Assembly: GCA_965238225.1 (NCBI GenBank)
Contig: OZ250183.1
Location: 1,440,001-1,504,000, forward strand
Direction: 5' to 3'
Length of the DNA: 64,000 nt
Source of the DNA: Gammaproteobacteria bacterium
GTDB taxonomy: Bacteria; Pseudomonadota; Gammaproteobacteria; Eutrophobiales; Eutrophobiaceae
Made by a program: the position numbers and the translations under genes
Notes under the pieces: generated by a model
What the model was told of the DNA's origin: nothing
The model's database searches: none
Seen by the model: only the letters and a program-made list of their open reading frames with translations
In this document: piece after piece, positions 10,667 through 21,114 of the stretch
How positions within the stretch are numbered: position 1 is the first letter of the stretch
Layout of the letters: each line of letters opens with the position of its first letter

Positions 10667-12298
10667 CTACACAGGCCTGATAGAATTTTTATCCAGTGTC
10701 GCGCTGAATATCTCTTCCATCGCCCGAACATTATCATCCCCTTTCAAGGAAAATTCTGCAGCTTGCTGCTTTTCTTTATCCTCGCGTGCTTTTTTTTGTG
10801 AAGGAGTTTCCGCATCACACGCTCCTATGGATATTCTAAGTTCTATCTCTTTACCAAAACGCAGGTAAAGCGCATCAAACAAACGATCTTTCTGCGTCTT
10901 GTTAAAAAGATGTTCTTTATCTGGCGATAAAATTAAAGATATCTTGTCCTCGCTATATTCTTTTAATACACAGTGCCCAGCCAGCTCCTTAACCAACCCA
11001 ACCAAGGCCATTTCATCAACAATAGATTGCCAATTGTCAGTATTTGTTTGCGGCGCAATGCTGGCTTCATTGCTCGTATTTGAATCTATATCTGAATCTG
11101 CAGTATGTGTTTTTTCAAATGTCTTAAGCGCGCTCAATTTCGTGTTAGATGCTGTCTCAGGCATTATTTTACCCGTTACAGGTGTTGCTATTTGTGCTGG
11201 TTTAAAAGCCAACATTCTAATCAGTGTCATTTCAAATCCTGTGCGTGGATCGGGCGCAATAGGCAAATCTTTTCGCCCCATAACGCCGACTTGATAGTAC
11301 AGCTGAATATCTTCTTTACTGATAAGTTTGGATAATGCGCTGATTATTTCATCTTGCTCAGTATCGCCCAAACTCACTAAGTCGCACGGGGTCGCGTTAT
11401 CATCCAAAATCTGACACATGGCTATGCGCTGTAAAATTGAGAGTAGTTCCACTAATATTAAATCATAATCTGGATTATGCTCTGCCATACGGTCAGCACA
11501 CTGAATCACAGACCGTGCATCTCCGCTTATCAGCGCTTCAAGTAATTCATTCAGATCTAAACTATCGACGGTTCCCAACATAGTTCTGACCTGTGCTTCC
11601 TGTAGACGACCGCCGCCATAGGCAATCGCCTGATCCAATAAACTCAATGCATCACGCAAACTACCGTCCGCTGATTTTGCAATAAGACTTCTTGATATTG
11701 CGTCACTTTCAATTGATTCTAAGTTAAGGATTTTATCAAGCTGTATTTCAATTTGTGCAACGCTTAAATGTTTAAGATTAAATTGCAAACAGCGCGAAAG
11801 AATTGTTGCTGGAATTTTTTTTGATTCGGTTGTTGCCAGTAAAAATTTCACATGCGCAGGGGGCTCTTCTATGGTTTTCAACAGTGCATTAAAACTATGT
11901 CCTGAAAACATATGTACTTCGTCAATCAGGTAAACTTTATAACGACCAACGCTAGGCGCATACTGAACATTGTCCATGAGATCTCGCGTCTCATCCACCT
12001 TTGCTCTTGAGGCTGCATCAACCTCTATTAAATCTAAAAAACGACCTTCGTCAACACCTACACAGGCAGAACATTCACCGCAAGGCTCAGAACTAAGCCC
12101 TTGTTCGCAGTTCAGGCATTTTGCAAAAATACGTGCAAGCGTTGTTTTTCCTACGCCACGAGTCCCTGTAAATAGGTAAGCATGATGTAAGCGGTCATTG
12201 TCTAAAGCATTAACCAGCGCTTGTAACACATGACCTTGTCCAACCATATCTTTAAATGTCTTTGGTCGCCATTTACGCGCTAAAACCTGATAACTCAT
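10667..12298 (-). CDS. dnaX: DNA polymerase III subunit gamma/tau
   Basis: SYQVLARKWRP, GTRGVGKT, IDEVHM, TILSRC, GSLRDALSL. Confidence 0.97.
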   Translation of the reverse strand: MSYQVLARKWRPKTFKDMVGQGHVLQALVNALDNDRLHHAYLFTGTRGVGKTTLARIFAKCLNCEQGLSSEPCGECSACVGVDEGRFLDLIEVDAASRAKVDETRDLMDNVQYAPSVGRYKVYLIDEVHMFSGHSFNALLKTIEEPPAHVKFLLATTESKKIPATILSRCLQFNLKHLSVAQIEIQLDKILNLESIESDAISRSLIAKSADGSLRDALSLLDQAIAYGGGRLQEAQVRTMLGTVDSLDLNELLEALISGDARSVIQCADRMAEHNPDYDLILVELLSILQRIAMCQILDDNATPCDLVSLGDTEQDEIISALSKLISKEDIQLYYQVGVMGRKDLPIAPDPRTGFEMTLIRMLAFKPAQIATPVTGKIMPETASNTKLSALKTFEKTHTADSDIDSNTSNEASIAPQTNTDNWQSIVDEMALVGLVKELAGHCVLKEYSEDKISLILSPDKEHLFNKTQKDRLFDALYLRFGKEIELRISIGACDAETPSQKKAREDKEKQQAAEFSLKGDDNVRAMEEIFSATLDKNSIRPV

Positions 12299-12430
12299 TT
12301 ACTTTTTTATCCTTATTTGTGGCTATTCTATTGATAATTATGACAACTAATTAGAATGACAAGAAGCACCGCATAATACAGGAATAGTGTATTTTATATA
12401 AGACGCTAAACGCTCAGAGAGCAAATCAAA

Positions 12431-12545
12431 GGCGGCGACCCATGCCCGCCTTGACCTCGGCACCCGTATCCATTGCTGCCGTTGCTCCCTTCCGGGTCTG
12501 GCGGGGTTCACAATTTCACGTCGCGAGGAGACCGGCAGGGTCACC
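12431..12545 (-). ncRNA. ffs: Signal recognition particle 4.5S RNA
   Basis: Reverse complement contains the helix-8 core CCAGACCCGGAAGGGAGCAACGG in a long hairpin whose ends pair (GGTGACCC/GGGTCGCC); upstream of dnaX. Confidence 0.92.
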
Positions 12546-12718
12546 ATTAATTTAGCTTATTATTCGCCCCATCAATTTGATGATGGCAAGATAACACAAA
12601 GCATATTGATTTGACTATACTGTTACCGTCATAATTAGAACGTCGTCGCCACAAAATTAAAACTCAAACAGTCTATAAGATAATCGCCAAAAAAACTTAA
12701 AAGAAGAAAACATAATAA

Positions 12719-13609
12719 ATGAAACAATTCACCTACATTATCAATATCATTTTATTACTGGTATTTGCCTCTCTACTGGCATGCACTTATCCGAAAATAA
12801 TTTACGATGAGTGCGAAGGTTTTCATGAATGCAAGGAAAAGGCAGAACAAGGAGATATTAGCGCACAAACTAATTTAGGATTGATGTATGAATATGGAAA
12901 AGGCACGCCTAAAGATACCAAACAGGCAATTCAATGGTACAAAAAAGCAGCATGGCAAGGGAATGCTTGGGCACAATTCAATTTAGGATTGATATATACC
13001 AAAGAACAGAACCTGCTTCAAAATTACAATAAGGCAGTTAAATGGTTTGAAAAATCAGCCCAGCAGGGGCTTGCAGCAGCACAATTCAATTTAGGGTGGA
13101 TATATGCCAACGGAAAAGGCGTGCCTCAAAATTACAATAAGGCAGTTAAATGGTGGGAGAAAGCAGCGGTGCAAGGGCATGCTAGAGCGCAATTCAGTCT
13201 AGGCAGGGTGTACTTCTATGGACAAGGCATTATTCCTCAAGATAACAAGCAGGCATTTAAATGGTGGGGGAAAGCAGCGATGCAAGGCGGTGCTGAAGCA
13301 CAGTACAATCTAGCCTTTATGTATAAAAAAGGACAAGGCGTTCCACAAGATGATGCCCAAGCAATATATTGGTGTAGAAAAGCAGCAGAACAAGGATTTG
13401 CCCATGCACAACACGCTTTAGGGTTCTCGTATGAAAAAGGACAAGGCGTTCCTCAAGATCTAATCACAGCGTATATGTTTTTTAGTATTGCAAAGACAAA
13501 TGGTTTTGCAGACAGCAAAAAGGGTAAAGACCGTACTGCTAAGCACATGACTGCCTCACAAATAAAAGAGGCAGAAGACAGGGCAGCGCAGTGGATAAAG
13601 GCGCATTGA
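12719..13609 (+). CDS. Sel1-repeat (SLR) exported protein or lipoprotein
   Basis: Hydrophobic N-terminus with LLAC lipobox-like motif; about 6 repeats of AQFNLG.MY..G.GVPQD...A..W..KAA.QG. Confidence 0.9.
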   Translation: MKQFTYIINIILLLVFASLLACTYPKIIYDECEGFHECKEKAEQGDISAQTNLGLMYEYGKGTPKDTKQAIQWYKKAAWQGNAWAQFNLGLIYTKEQNLLQNYNKAVKWFEKSAQQGLAAAQFNLGWIYANGKGVPQNYNKAVKWWEKAAVQGHARAQFSLGRVYFYGQGIIPQDNKQAFKWWGKAAMQGGAEAQYNLAFMYKKGQGVPQDDAQAIYWCRKAAEQGFAHAQHALGFSYEKGQGVPQDLITAYMFFSIAKTNGFADSKKGKDRTAKHMTASQIKEAEDRAAQWIKAH

Positions 13610-13848
13610 TTCTGTCTATCAGAAAATTACAGGCACAAAAAATAAAGCAATGAAAACTAAGCAAGCATTTTTTATATGTGTGCATGTTAATACTGTAACC
13701 AGACATTCTAATATCATGCCGCAATGTAGGGTTGCCCAAACAAAGCACAGCTTTGTATTAAATCAATATAATGATGCCAAGCGGATCAAAATTGAATCCA
13801 AGTGATATAGTTCGAGAAGATTAACTAAGCGGAAATGATTGAAATAAC

Positions 13849-16800
13849 GTGGCAACATTTTCTAAATTCTTAAACTCATTTAGTCCTGATAAACATAAAA
13901 AAGGTACACAGTTTGAACACTTTGTTAAGTGGTTTCTAAAAAATGACCCACAGTGGGAAACTCAGGTAGATCAAATATGGTTATGGGATGAATGTCCAGA
14001 CCGGTGGGGTCAAGACTGTGGGATTGACCTTGTCTTTAAACACAGGAATTCTGAAATCTGGGCAGTTCAAGCAAAATGTTATTCCCCTGAATATTCCATT
14101 AGCAAAGCAGATGTAGATACATTTCTATCAGAATCTAACCGACCCAGTATTCATAAAAGATTACTCATCGCGTCAACAGACCAAATTGGTCAAAATGCAA
14201 AACAAGTCTGCGAAGATCAAGAAAAGCCTGTCGTGTACTTTCTTTATTCTGATTTTGCTAAGGCAGGGATAGAATATCCTGATGATATATCCAAACTTGA
14301 TACCGCTAAACGTAAACCTCGTCCAACACCAAGACCGCATCAAAAAAAGGCAATTGATGTAGTAGCAAACGGTTTTAAAAAGAATAATCGTGGTCAGTTG
14401 ATCATGGCATGTGGAACAGGAAAGACATTCACAACACTCTGGATTAAAGAACGACTCGCAGCAGAATCTACTCTGGTATTGCTTCCATCATTAAATTTGC
14501 TCTCACAGACAATGCGAGAGTGGACACTTGCAAGAAATGAATCATTTGCGCTCTTATGTGTCTGTTCAGATAGAACGGTAGGGGAAAAGTCTGGTGCAGA
14601 TAGATTCATAAACTCTATACATGACCTATCATTCCCAGTTACATCAGATATTAAGAGCATTAGTGAGTTTCTAAAAGGTAATGGAGCAAAGGTTATTTTC
14701 TCTACTTACCAATCCTCGCCGAAGATTGCTGAGTGTCAACAGGACTATGATGTGCCTTCGTTTGATTTGGTCGTTGCTGATGAGGCACACCGATGTACAG
14801 GTGAAGTTACCAGCGACTTCGCAACAGTATTAGATGAAGCAAAAATTAATGCAAATAAAAGATTATTTACAACAGCAACACCAAGAACATATTCAACACA
14901 TATCACAACAAAAGCAGAAGAAAGAGGTGTTGATGTTACAGGTATGGATGATGAGTCAGTATTTGGGAAAAAGTTTTTTGTATTAACTTTTTCACAGGCA
15001 ATAGATAAAAATTTATTAACAGATTATCAGGTTGTCATTATTGGTGTCGACAGACAGATGATTGCAGAGTGTATTGAGAATCGTGCATTACTGAGAACTG
15101 AATCTGGCGATGTGATTGATATGAAATCATTGGCGTCTCAAATAGGATCAATCAAGGTAATTAAAGATTATGATCTAAAACGGATGATTAGTTTTCATAG
15201 CACAGTGAAGGGTGCTGAGTCATTCGCATTTGGAGTTCAGAGCGCCATAGATTGTATTAGTCCACAACAGCGTCCAGATGGAAAAATATGGACAGATTTT
15301 ATTTCTGGAACAATGCCAACAAACAAAAGACAATTAAGACTTGAGAGACTAAAAGCACTCACAGAATGTGATAGAGGATTACTTTCTAATGCACGATGCT
15401 TGTCAGAAGGGGTTGATATTCCATCATTAGACGGTGTTGCATTTATTGATCCAAAAGGCAGTCAGGTTGATATTGTTCAGGCAGTCGGTCGGGCAATACG
15501 AAAAGCTAAAGAAAAGAATATTGGAACAATTTTTTTACCTGTATTTATTGAAGAGGGAGATGACCCAAAACAATCAATTCAAAACAGTCAATTCAAACCA
15601 GTGTGGGATGTTCTAAATGCATTAAAATCTCATGATGAAGTTCTCGCGTTTGAACTAGACCGACTGCGCACGCAAATGGGCAAAGAATGTAATAGTAACA
15701 TTGCTCAGGGTATCCCAAAAGTAGTGTTTGATCTACCAAGAACAATAGATTCATCATTTGCTGATTCATTAACAACCTATCTTGTTGAACACACTACAGC
15801 GTCATGGAATTTCTGGTTTGGATTGTTAGAACATTATACCAAACAAAAAGGCAATGCCAGACCGCCATCGACTTATAAAACAGAAGATGGGTATAGTCTG
15901 GGTAATTGGGTAAGGACTCAACGAACAGCCCGTGAGCAATTAAGCCAGGAACGAATTAAAAGATTAGGGTCATTAAAAGGCTGGGTCTGGGATGTATTAG
16001 AGTTTAAATTGGATAGAAGGATTTGGTCATCTGCAAGCGTATGTGAACCAAGAAGGCAATGCCAGACCGCCATCGACTTATAAAACAGAAGATGGGTATA
16101 GTCTGGGTGCTTGGGTAAGTACTCAACGAACAGCCCGAGAACAATTAAGCCAGGAACGAATTAAAAGATTAAATGCATTAGGTTTTGTCTGGGATGTATC
16201 AGAGTTGAAATGGGAAGAAGGATTTGGTCATCTGCAAGCGTATGTGGAACAAGAAGGCAATGCCAGACCGCCATCGACTTATAAAACAGAAGATGGGTAT
16301 AGTCTGGGTGCTTGGGTAAGTACTCAACGAACAGCCCGTGAGCAATTAAGCCAGGAACGAATTAAAAGATTAGGGTCATAAAAGGTTGGGTCTGGGATGT
16401 ATTAGAGTTGAAATGGGAAGAAGGATTTGATCATCTGCAAGCGTATGTGGAACAAAAAGGCAATGCCAGACCGCCTAAGAATTATAAAACAGAAGATGGG
16501 TATAAGTCTGGGTAATTGGGTAGGGAAACAACGAAAATCCGTGAACAATTAAGCCAGGAACGAATTAAAAGATTAAATGCATTAGGTTTTGTCTGGGATG
16601 TATTAGAGTTTGATTGGATAGAAGGATTTGGTCATCTGCAAGCGTATGTGAACCAAGAAGGCAATGCCAGACCGCCTAAGAATTATAAAACAGAAGATGG
16701 GTATAATCTGGGTGCTTGGGTAGGGACTCAACGAACAATCCGAGAACAATTAAGCCAGGAACGAATTAAAAGATTAAATGCATTAGGTTTTGTCTGGGAT

Positions 16801-17857
16801 GTATTAGAGTTTGATTGGGAAAAAGGATTTGGTCATCTGCAAGCGTATGTGAACCAAGAAGGCAATGCCAGACCGCCATCAGAATTATAAAACAGAAGAT
16901 GGGTATAATCTGGGTAATTGGGTAGGTAGACAACGAAAATCCGAGAACAATTAAGCCAGGAACGAATTAAAAGATTAAATGCATTAGGTTTTGTCTGGGA
17001 TGTATTAGAGTTGAAATGGGAAGAAGGATTTGGTCATCTGCAAGCGTATGTGAACCAAGAAGGCAATGCCAGACCGCCATCGACTTATAAAACAGAAGAT
17101 GGGTATAATCTGGGTGCTTGGGTAGGGAGACAACGAAAAATCCGAGAACAATTAAGCCAGGAACGAATTGAAAAACTAGATGCATTAGGTTTTGTTTGGG
17201 ATGTATTAGAGTTTAAATGGGAAAAAGGATTTGGTCATCTGCAAGCGTATGTGAACCAAGAAGGCAATGCCAGACCGCCTAATAAAACAGAAATTATAAA
17301 ACAGAAGATGAACGTATAATCTGGGTGCTTGGGTATTGGTATTTGGTCATCTGCAACGAAAAGGCAATCCGAGAACAATTAAGCCAGGAACGAATTAAAA
17401 ATTAGGGTCATTAAAAGGCTGGGTCTGGGATGTATTAGAGTTTGATTGGGAAAAAGGATTTGGTCATCTGCAAGCGTATGTGAACCAAGAAGGCAATGCC
17501 AGACCGCCTCAGAATTATAAAACAGAAGATGGGTATAATCTGGGTATTTGGGTAAGTACTCAACGAACAACCCGAGAACAATTAAGCCAGGAACGAATTA
17601 AAAGATTAAATGTCATTAGGTTTTGTCTGGGATGTATTAGAGTTGTATTAAATGGGAAGAAGGATTTGGTCATCTGCAAGCGTATGTGAACCAAGAAGGC
17701 AATGCCAGACCGCCTCAGAATTATAAAACAGAAGATGGGTATAAGTCTGGGTAATTGGGTAAGTACTCAACGAACAATCCGAGAACAATTAAGCCAGGAA
17801 CGAATTAAAAGATTAAATGCATTAGGTTTTGTTTGGAGTGCTCGTAGAAAAAATTAA
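13849..17857 (+). CDS. Mrr-like nuclease + SF2 (ResIII/DEAH) helicase + about 10 HA repeats; frameshifted in the repeat region as assembled
   Basis: GIDLV...AVQAKCY nuclease motif; MACGTGKT, DEAH, TATP, CLSEGVDIP, QAVGRAIR; repeats W.EGFGHLQAYV.QEGNARPP..YKTEDGY.LG.WV..QR...LSQERI..L..LGFVW end at TAA 17855-17857. Confidence 0.85.
15805..17857 (+). repeat. Tandem coding repeat, 10 units of about 201-204 bp (67-68 aa HA domains)
   Basis: Anchor GGCAATGCCAGACCGCC at 15850, 16055, 16256, 16459, 16660, 16861, 17062, 17263, 17492 and 17698. Confidence 0.95.
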
Positions 17858-18079
17858 AGGGTTAACCGATTACAGAAAGAAAAAGTCATCCTAAATTAGG
17901 TCGCACTACCAAACCCCGATCAACTTGGACTCAGCATAACGACCTTTGCAAGGTTCTTGACAAATAATCTGCTACAACCTTCCTGAATAAGAAGTGTTGA
18001 TACTAATTTCTCCCTAAATCAAAAAAACCTAAAAAGAAAAAAATGAAATGTCTATGGAAGTATTATGTATATAATTTCC

Positions 18080-19471
18080 TTATTTTTTGTCCTTGGAATT
18101 GAGTAACATATTTTTTCCAATGGCTTCAATATTATTTTCATCTGCTTCAAGTGCAGTTTTTGTTTCTTCTGCCAGTTTAAATTTGCTTTCTTTAAGTTCG
18201 CGAAGCCACTCCAATTCGCTCAAGGTATATTTTTCCCATTTTCTGGCATCAACAAAACTTTTTTTAGATGTTTTCGCTTGCCTAAATGCCTGTAATGCCC
18301 CTCTAAAATCCTTAATATTGAATAAAGCCATGCCCATTAATAGTTGATTGTTGTCTTTGCGTTTTAGTTTGCCTTTTTTATCAGCCTTTTTTGCCGCTTT
18401 TGCTGCTTCCTTAAAATTACCAGCGTCAAAATATACGCCAGCAAGACGCGCATACAAACGCCCCTTGTCTGATAAATCTGATGCTCTTTCTAATGCTGGA
18501 ATGGCTTTCTTATGTTCATTGGCCTGCGCCCAAGCATTCGCTAGTGTTTCGATATTCTTTGGGCTCTCTTTAATAATCTTTTTTTGCACTTCTCTTTCTA
18601 TAATCTTGCCAGCCTTATAGGGAATCTCTTGTCCTAGGTACATATAGGCCACATTTAATACTTCTGATTCTTTTTGCAATGCCCCATTTAAATAGATTGC
18701 ATCGTAGGTTGTCAGACGTTTTCTATCATTACCCATCTCTCCATTTAGCCCGGCAATCTGTCTTAAATACGTTATGCTAGGATAAAAATGTAATAATTCT
18801 TCATAGGTTTTTAATGTATTTTTTGTATCATTCTTCTCAAAATAAATGGCTGCTTTCATGCGTAACCAATTTTCTTTTATTTTTTTACCTTCACTTTTCT
18901 CAATTTCTATCGCCTTAATAATATTTTTTAATGCGGGATTGAATTTTTTTGCTTGATAATAGGCTTGTGCCAGCATGATGTGTGCTGTCCCTGTTGGCTT
19001 AGGTATCTCTCTTAACCACTCTTCCATAAAGTTAATCACCGATAAGTAATCTTCTAACTGGAAATACAATTGCGCCATGGTGTATTTGGCGGTCAACTTC
19101 AAACCTTCTGGCGCATCGGGTTCTGCGATGATCTTTTTATAGGCGCTTATCGCATCTTTATATTTTTCCTGACTGGCATAGATAAACGCATAAAAATTCC
19201 ACATCTGACTTTTAGCGTAGCCTTCTAATCTGTCGCTGTTCTTAATTATATCAAGCGTATGTATCGCTTCATCGTATTCACCCTCTTCAGCCAATGCTTG
19301 TGCCTTCATCAAAACTTCAAAAGTTTTTGCATCAATCGCCCCCGTTGCTCTTGTACTATCTTTTTTCTTTGCTTGAACATTGAGTGATAGTGACAATAAT
19401 GTAATGACCATTAACGTAGTCACCATTATGTAAAAGATAGAGTGCTGACTTAGGCGCTGCTGTCTTTTCAT
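18080..19471 (-). CDS. Periplasmic TPR protein of TonB operon (TtpD-like)
   Basis: Signal peptide, repeated helical TPR-like units, last gene of the exbB/exbD/tonB operon. Confidence 0.8.
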   Translation of the reverse strand: MKRQQRLSQHSIFYIMVTTLMVITLLSLSLNVQAKKKDSTRATGAIDAKTFEVLMKAQALAEEGEYDEAIHTLDIIKNSDRLEGYAKSQMWNFYAFIYASQEKYKDAISAYKKIIAEPDAPEGLKLTAKYTMAQLYFQLEDYLSVINFMEEWLREIPKPTGTAHIMLAQAYYQAKKFNPALKNIIKAIEIEKSEGKKIKENWLRMKAAIYFEKNDTKNTLKTYEELLHFYPSITYLRQIAGLNGEMGNDRKRLTTYDAIYLNGALQKESEVLNVAYMYLGQEIPYKAGKIIEREVQKKIIKESPKNIETLANAWAQANEHKKAIPALERASDLSDKGRLYARLAGVYFDAGNFKEAAKAAKKADKKGKLKRKDNNQLLMGMALFNIKDFRGALQAFRQAKTSKKSFVDARKWEKYTLSELEWLRELKESKFKLAEETKTALEADENNIEAIGKNMLLNSKDKK

Positions 19472-19475
19472 TTTG

Positions 19476-20093
19476 CTATTTCTCTACTTGAAAAATAATC
19501 TTTGTGCGCACACCCGATACTTCAATAGGCTTACCATCGACAACACGCGGCTTGTATTTATAACGTGCGGCAGATTTGATTGCAGCCCTGTTAAAGATAC
19601 CTACCGGCTTTGCCTCAATCACGATTGGATCTCTTACTGTGCCTTGTTTGGTTACGGTATATTCGACGATAACATAACCTTCAATACCTCTGCGCAGAGC
19701 GTGTCTTGGATATTGTGGCGCTATTTTAACAATGGGCAAATATTCGCCGTCGGTTGCCTGCAGCCCTGCGCCAATATTTAAATCCAATCTTGCTCGTATC
19801 CTCCCCGCGACAATATTACCAACCACGGCATTGCCATCAATCTTGTCAAAATCCTGTTCTGGGATCTCCGGCGGCGGTGTCTCATCCACTTCCGGTTTCT
19901 CTGGTTTTTCAACTAGGCGCTGCGTTTGGATTTCGACTTCAGGCATAAGAACATTAGGCAATTTGATGCGCTTTTCTGCATCCGGACTTTTACCTGAAAA
20001 TTTAATCAAGCTCACCATTAATAATATTAATAATGCTGTAACAAAAGCCGCTTGTAGTACGACAAACAGTATTCTTAGTATATTATCTCTCAT
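19476..20093 (-). CDS. tonB: Energy transducer TonB
   Basis: N-terminal TM, Pro-rich linker (KPEKPEVDETPPPEIP), PQYPRHALRRGIEGYV TonB_C domain; likely start ATG 20093. Confidence 0.9.
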   Translation of the reverse strand: MRDNILRILFVVLQAAFVTALLILLMVSLIKFSGKSPDAEKRIKLPNVLMPEVEIQTQRLVEKPEKPEVDETPPPEIPEQDFDKIDGNAVVGNIVAGRIRARLDLNIGAGLQATDGEYLPIVKIAPQYPRHALRRGIEGYVIVEYTVTKQGTVRDPIVIEAKPVGIFNRAAIKSAARYKYKPRVVDGKPIEVSGVRTKIIFQVEK

Positions 20094-20133
20094 AATGATA
20101 ATATCACTTTCTATCATTTTTTTTACATAGCAT

Positions 20134-20553
20134 TTAGTTAGATTGCTCTGTGGCGAGTGATATCTTTTCATGAGCAACTACTTTCCGGGCAGCGTCCAAT
20201 ACCTCCGTAAAAGTTTTGACTGAAGCTAATTCATCGGCCTTTATCACAATCCCACCCTCTGGGTTCTCAGCATGCAATCGTTCAATGTTCGCATGTACCG
20301 AACGTACATCAACACGACGTTTATCAATCCAGATACTATTATCGGCACTGATTGCCACTAACATGGTTGTGTTGTCTTTTTGACTAGATGTATTGGCATC
20401 GGGTCGATTGACCTCCACTCCGGCTTCCTTCACAAAAGTGGCTGTCACAATAAAGAAGATCAACATGATAAATACCACGTCCAACATTGGCGTTAAATCT
20501 ACCGCACCTTCATCTTCACCCGCTGTATCGTAACTAAAGCTTCGTCTTCTCAT
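20134..20553 (-). CDS. exbD: Biopolymer transporter ExbD
   Basis: DLTPMLDVVFIMLIFFIVT. Confidence 0.93.
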   Translation of the reverse strand: MRRRSFSYDTAGEDEGAVDLTPMLDVVFIMLIFFIVTATFVKEAGVEVNRPDANTSSQKDNTTMLVAISADNSIWIDKRRVDVRSVHANIERLHAENPEGGIVIKADELASVKTFTEVLDAARKVVAHEKISLATEQSN

Positions 20554-21086
20554 AATGAGTAATCCATCGTTAAATGCTCTTCAATTAATTTTTTTTCACA
20601 TGCAGCTTTCTGACTAATGTAAATATTTGCAAAAACCCCCGATAAAGCGGCAACCATCCCAGCCATAGTAGGTATAGTTGCACGTGATATGCCGCCTGCC
20701 ATGGCCTTTGGATCACTGCCACCTGTAATCGATAAAATGGTGAAGACATCGATCATACCGGTCACGGTGCCGAGTAATCCGAACAGAGGACAGATAGCAA
20801 TCATTGTTTTAATGAGTGAAAGATTTTTATCAATCTTGATGCGCATTTCAGATATGAGTTTGTCGCGTATCGCACGTGCTGCCCAAGAACACCGTTCAGC
20901 ACGCGATTCCCAAGCGCGGATGGCTTGCTTGGCATCATGTTGATAGAAGATGAAGTAATACCAGAACCGTTCCAACATCAAGACCCACATCACAAAGGTC
21001 AATACAGCAATCAAATACAAAACTGGGCCGCCGGAATTAAAAAATTTATTAATGGCCTCTTGTGCATCTAGTAAATACAATAGCAT
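20550..21086 (-). CDS. exbB: MotA/TolQ/ExbB proton channel
   Basis: CPLFGLLGTVTGMI, MAGGISRATIPT. Confidence 0.88.
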   Translation of the reverse strand: MLLYLLDAQEAINKFFNSGGPVLYLIAVLTFVMWVLMLERFWYYFIFYQHDAKQAIRAWESRAERCSWAARAIRDKLISEMRIKIDKNLSLIKTMIAICPLFGLLGTVTGMIDVFTILSITGGSDPKAMAGGISRATIPTMAGMVAALSGVFANIYISQKAACEKKLIEEHLTMDYSL

Positions 21087-21114
21087 GGTCAGGATCTCCT
21101 GTTATTCCAGTAAT

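Noticed and set aside
10789-10798. dnaX programmed frameshift at the A8G run
   Set aside because: It lies about 40 codons from the C-terminus, not where a gamma subunit would end, and no clear stimulatory hairpin was seen
12347-12547. 66-aa ORF upstream of dnaX
   Set aside because: Overlaps the SRP RNA gene; spurious
15805-17857. CRISPR array or non-coding repeat array
   Set aside because: Units are about 201-204 bp, contiguous, lack unique spacers and translate as HA domains; no cas genes are present
15805-17857. Diversity-generating retroelement template/variable repeats
   Set aside because: No reverse transcriptase in the window, and differences are recurrent shared alleles rather than adenine-specific randomisation
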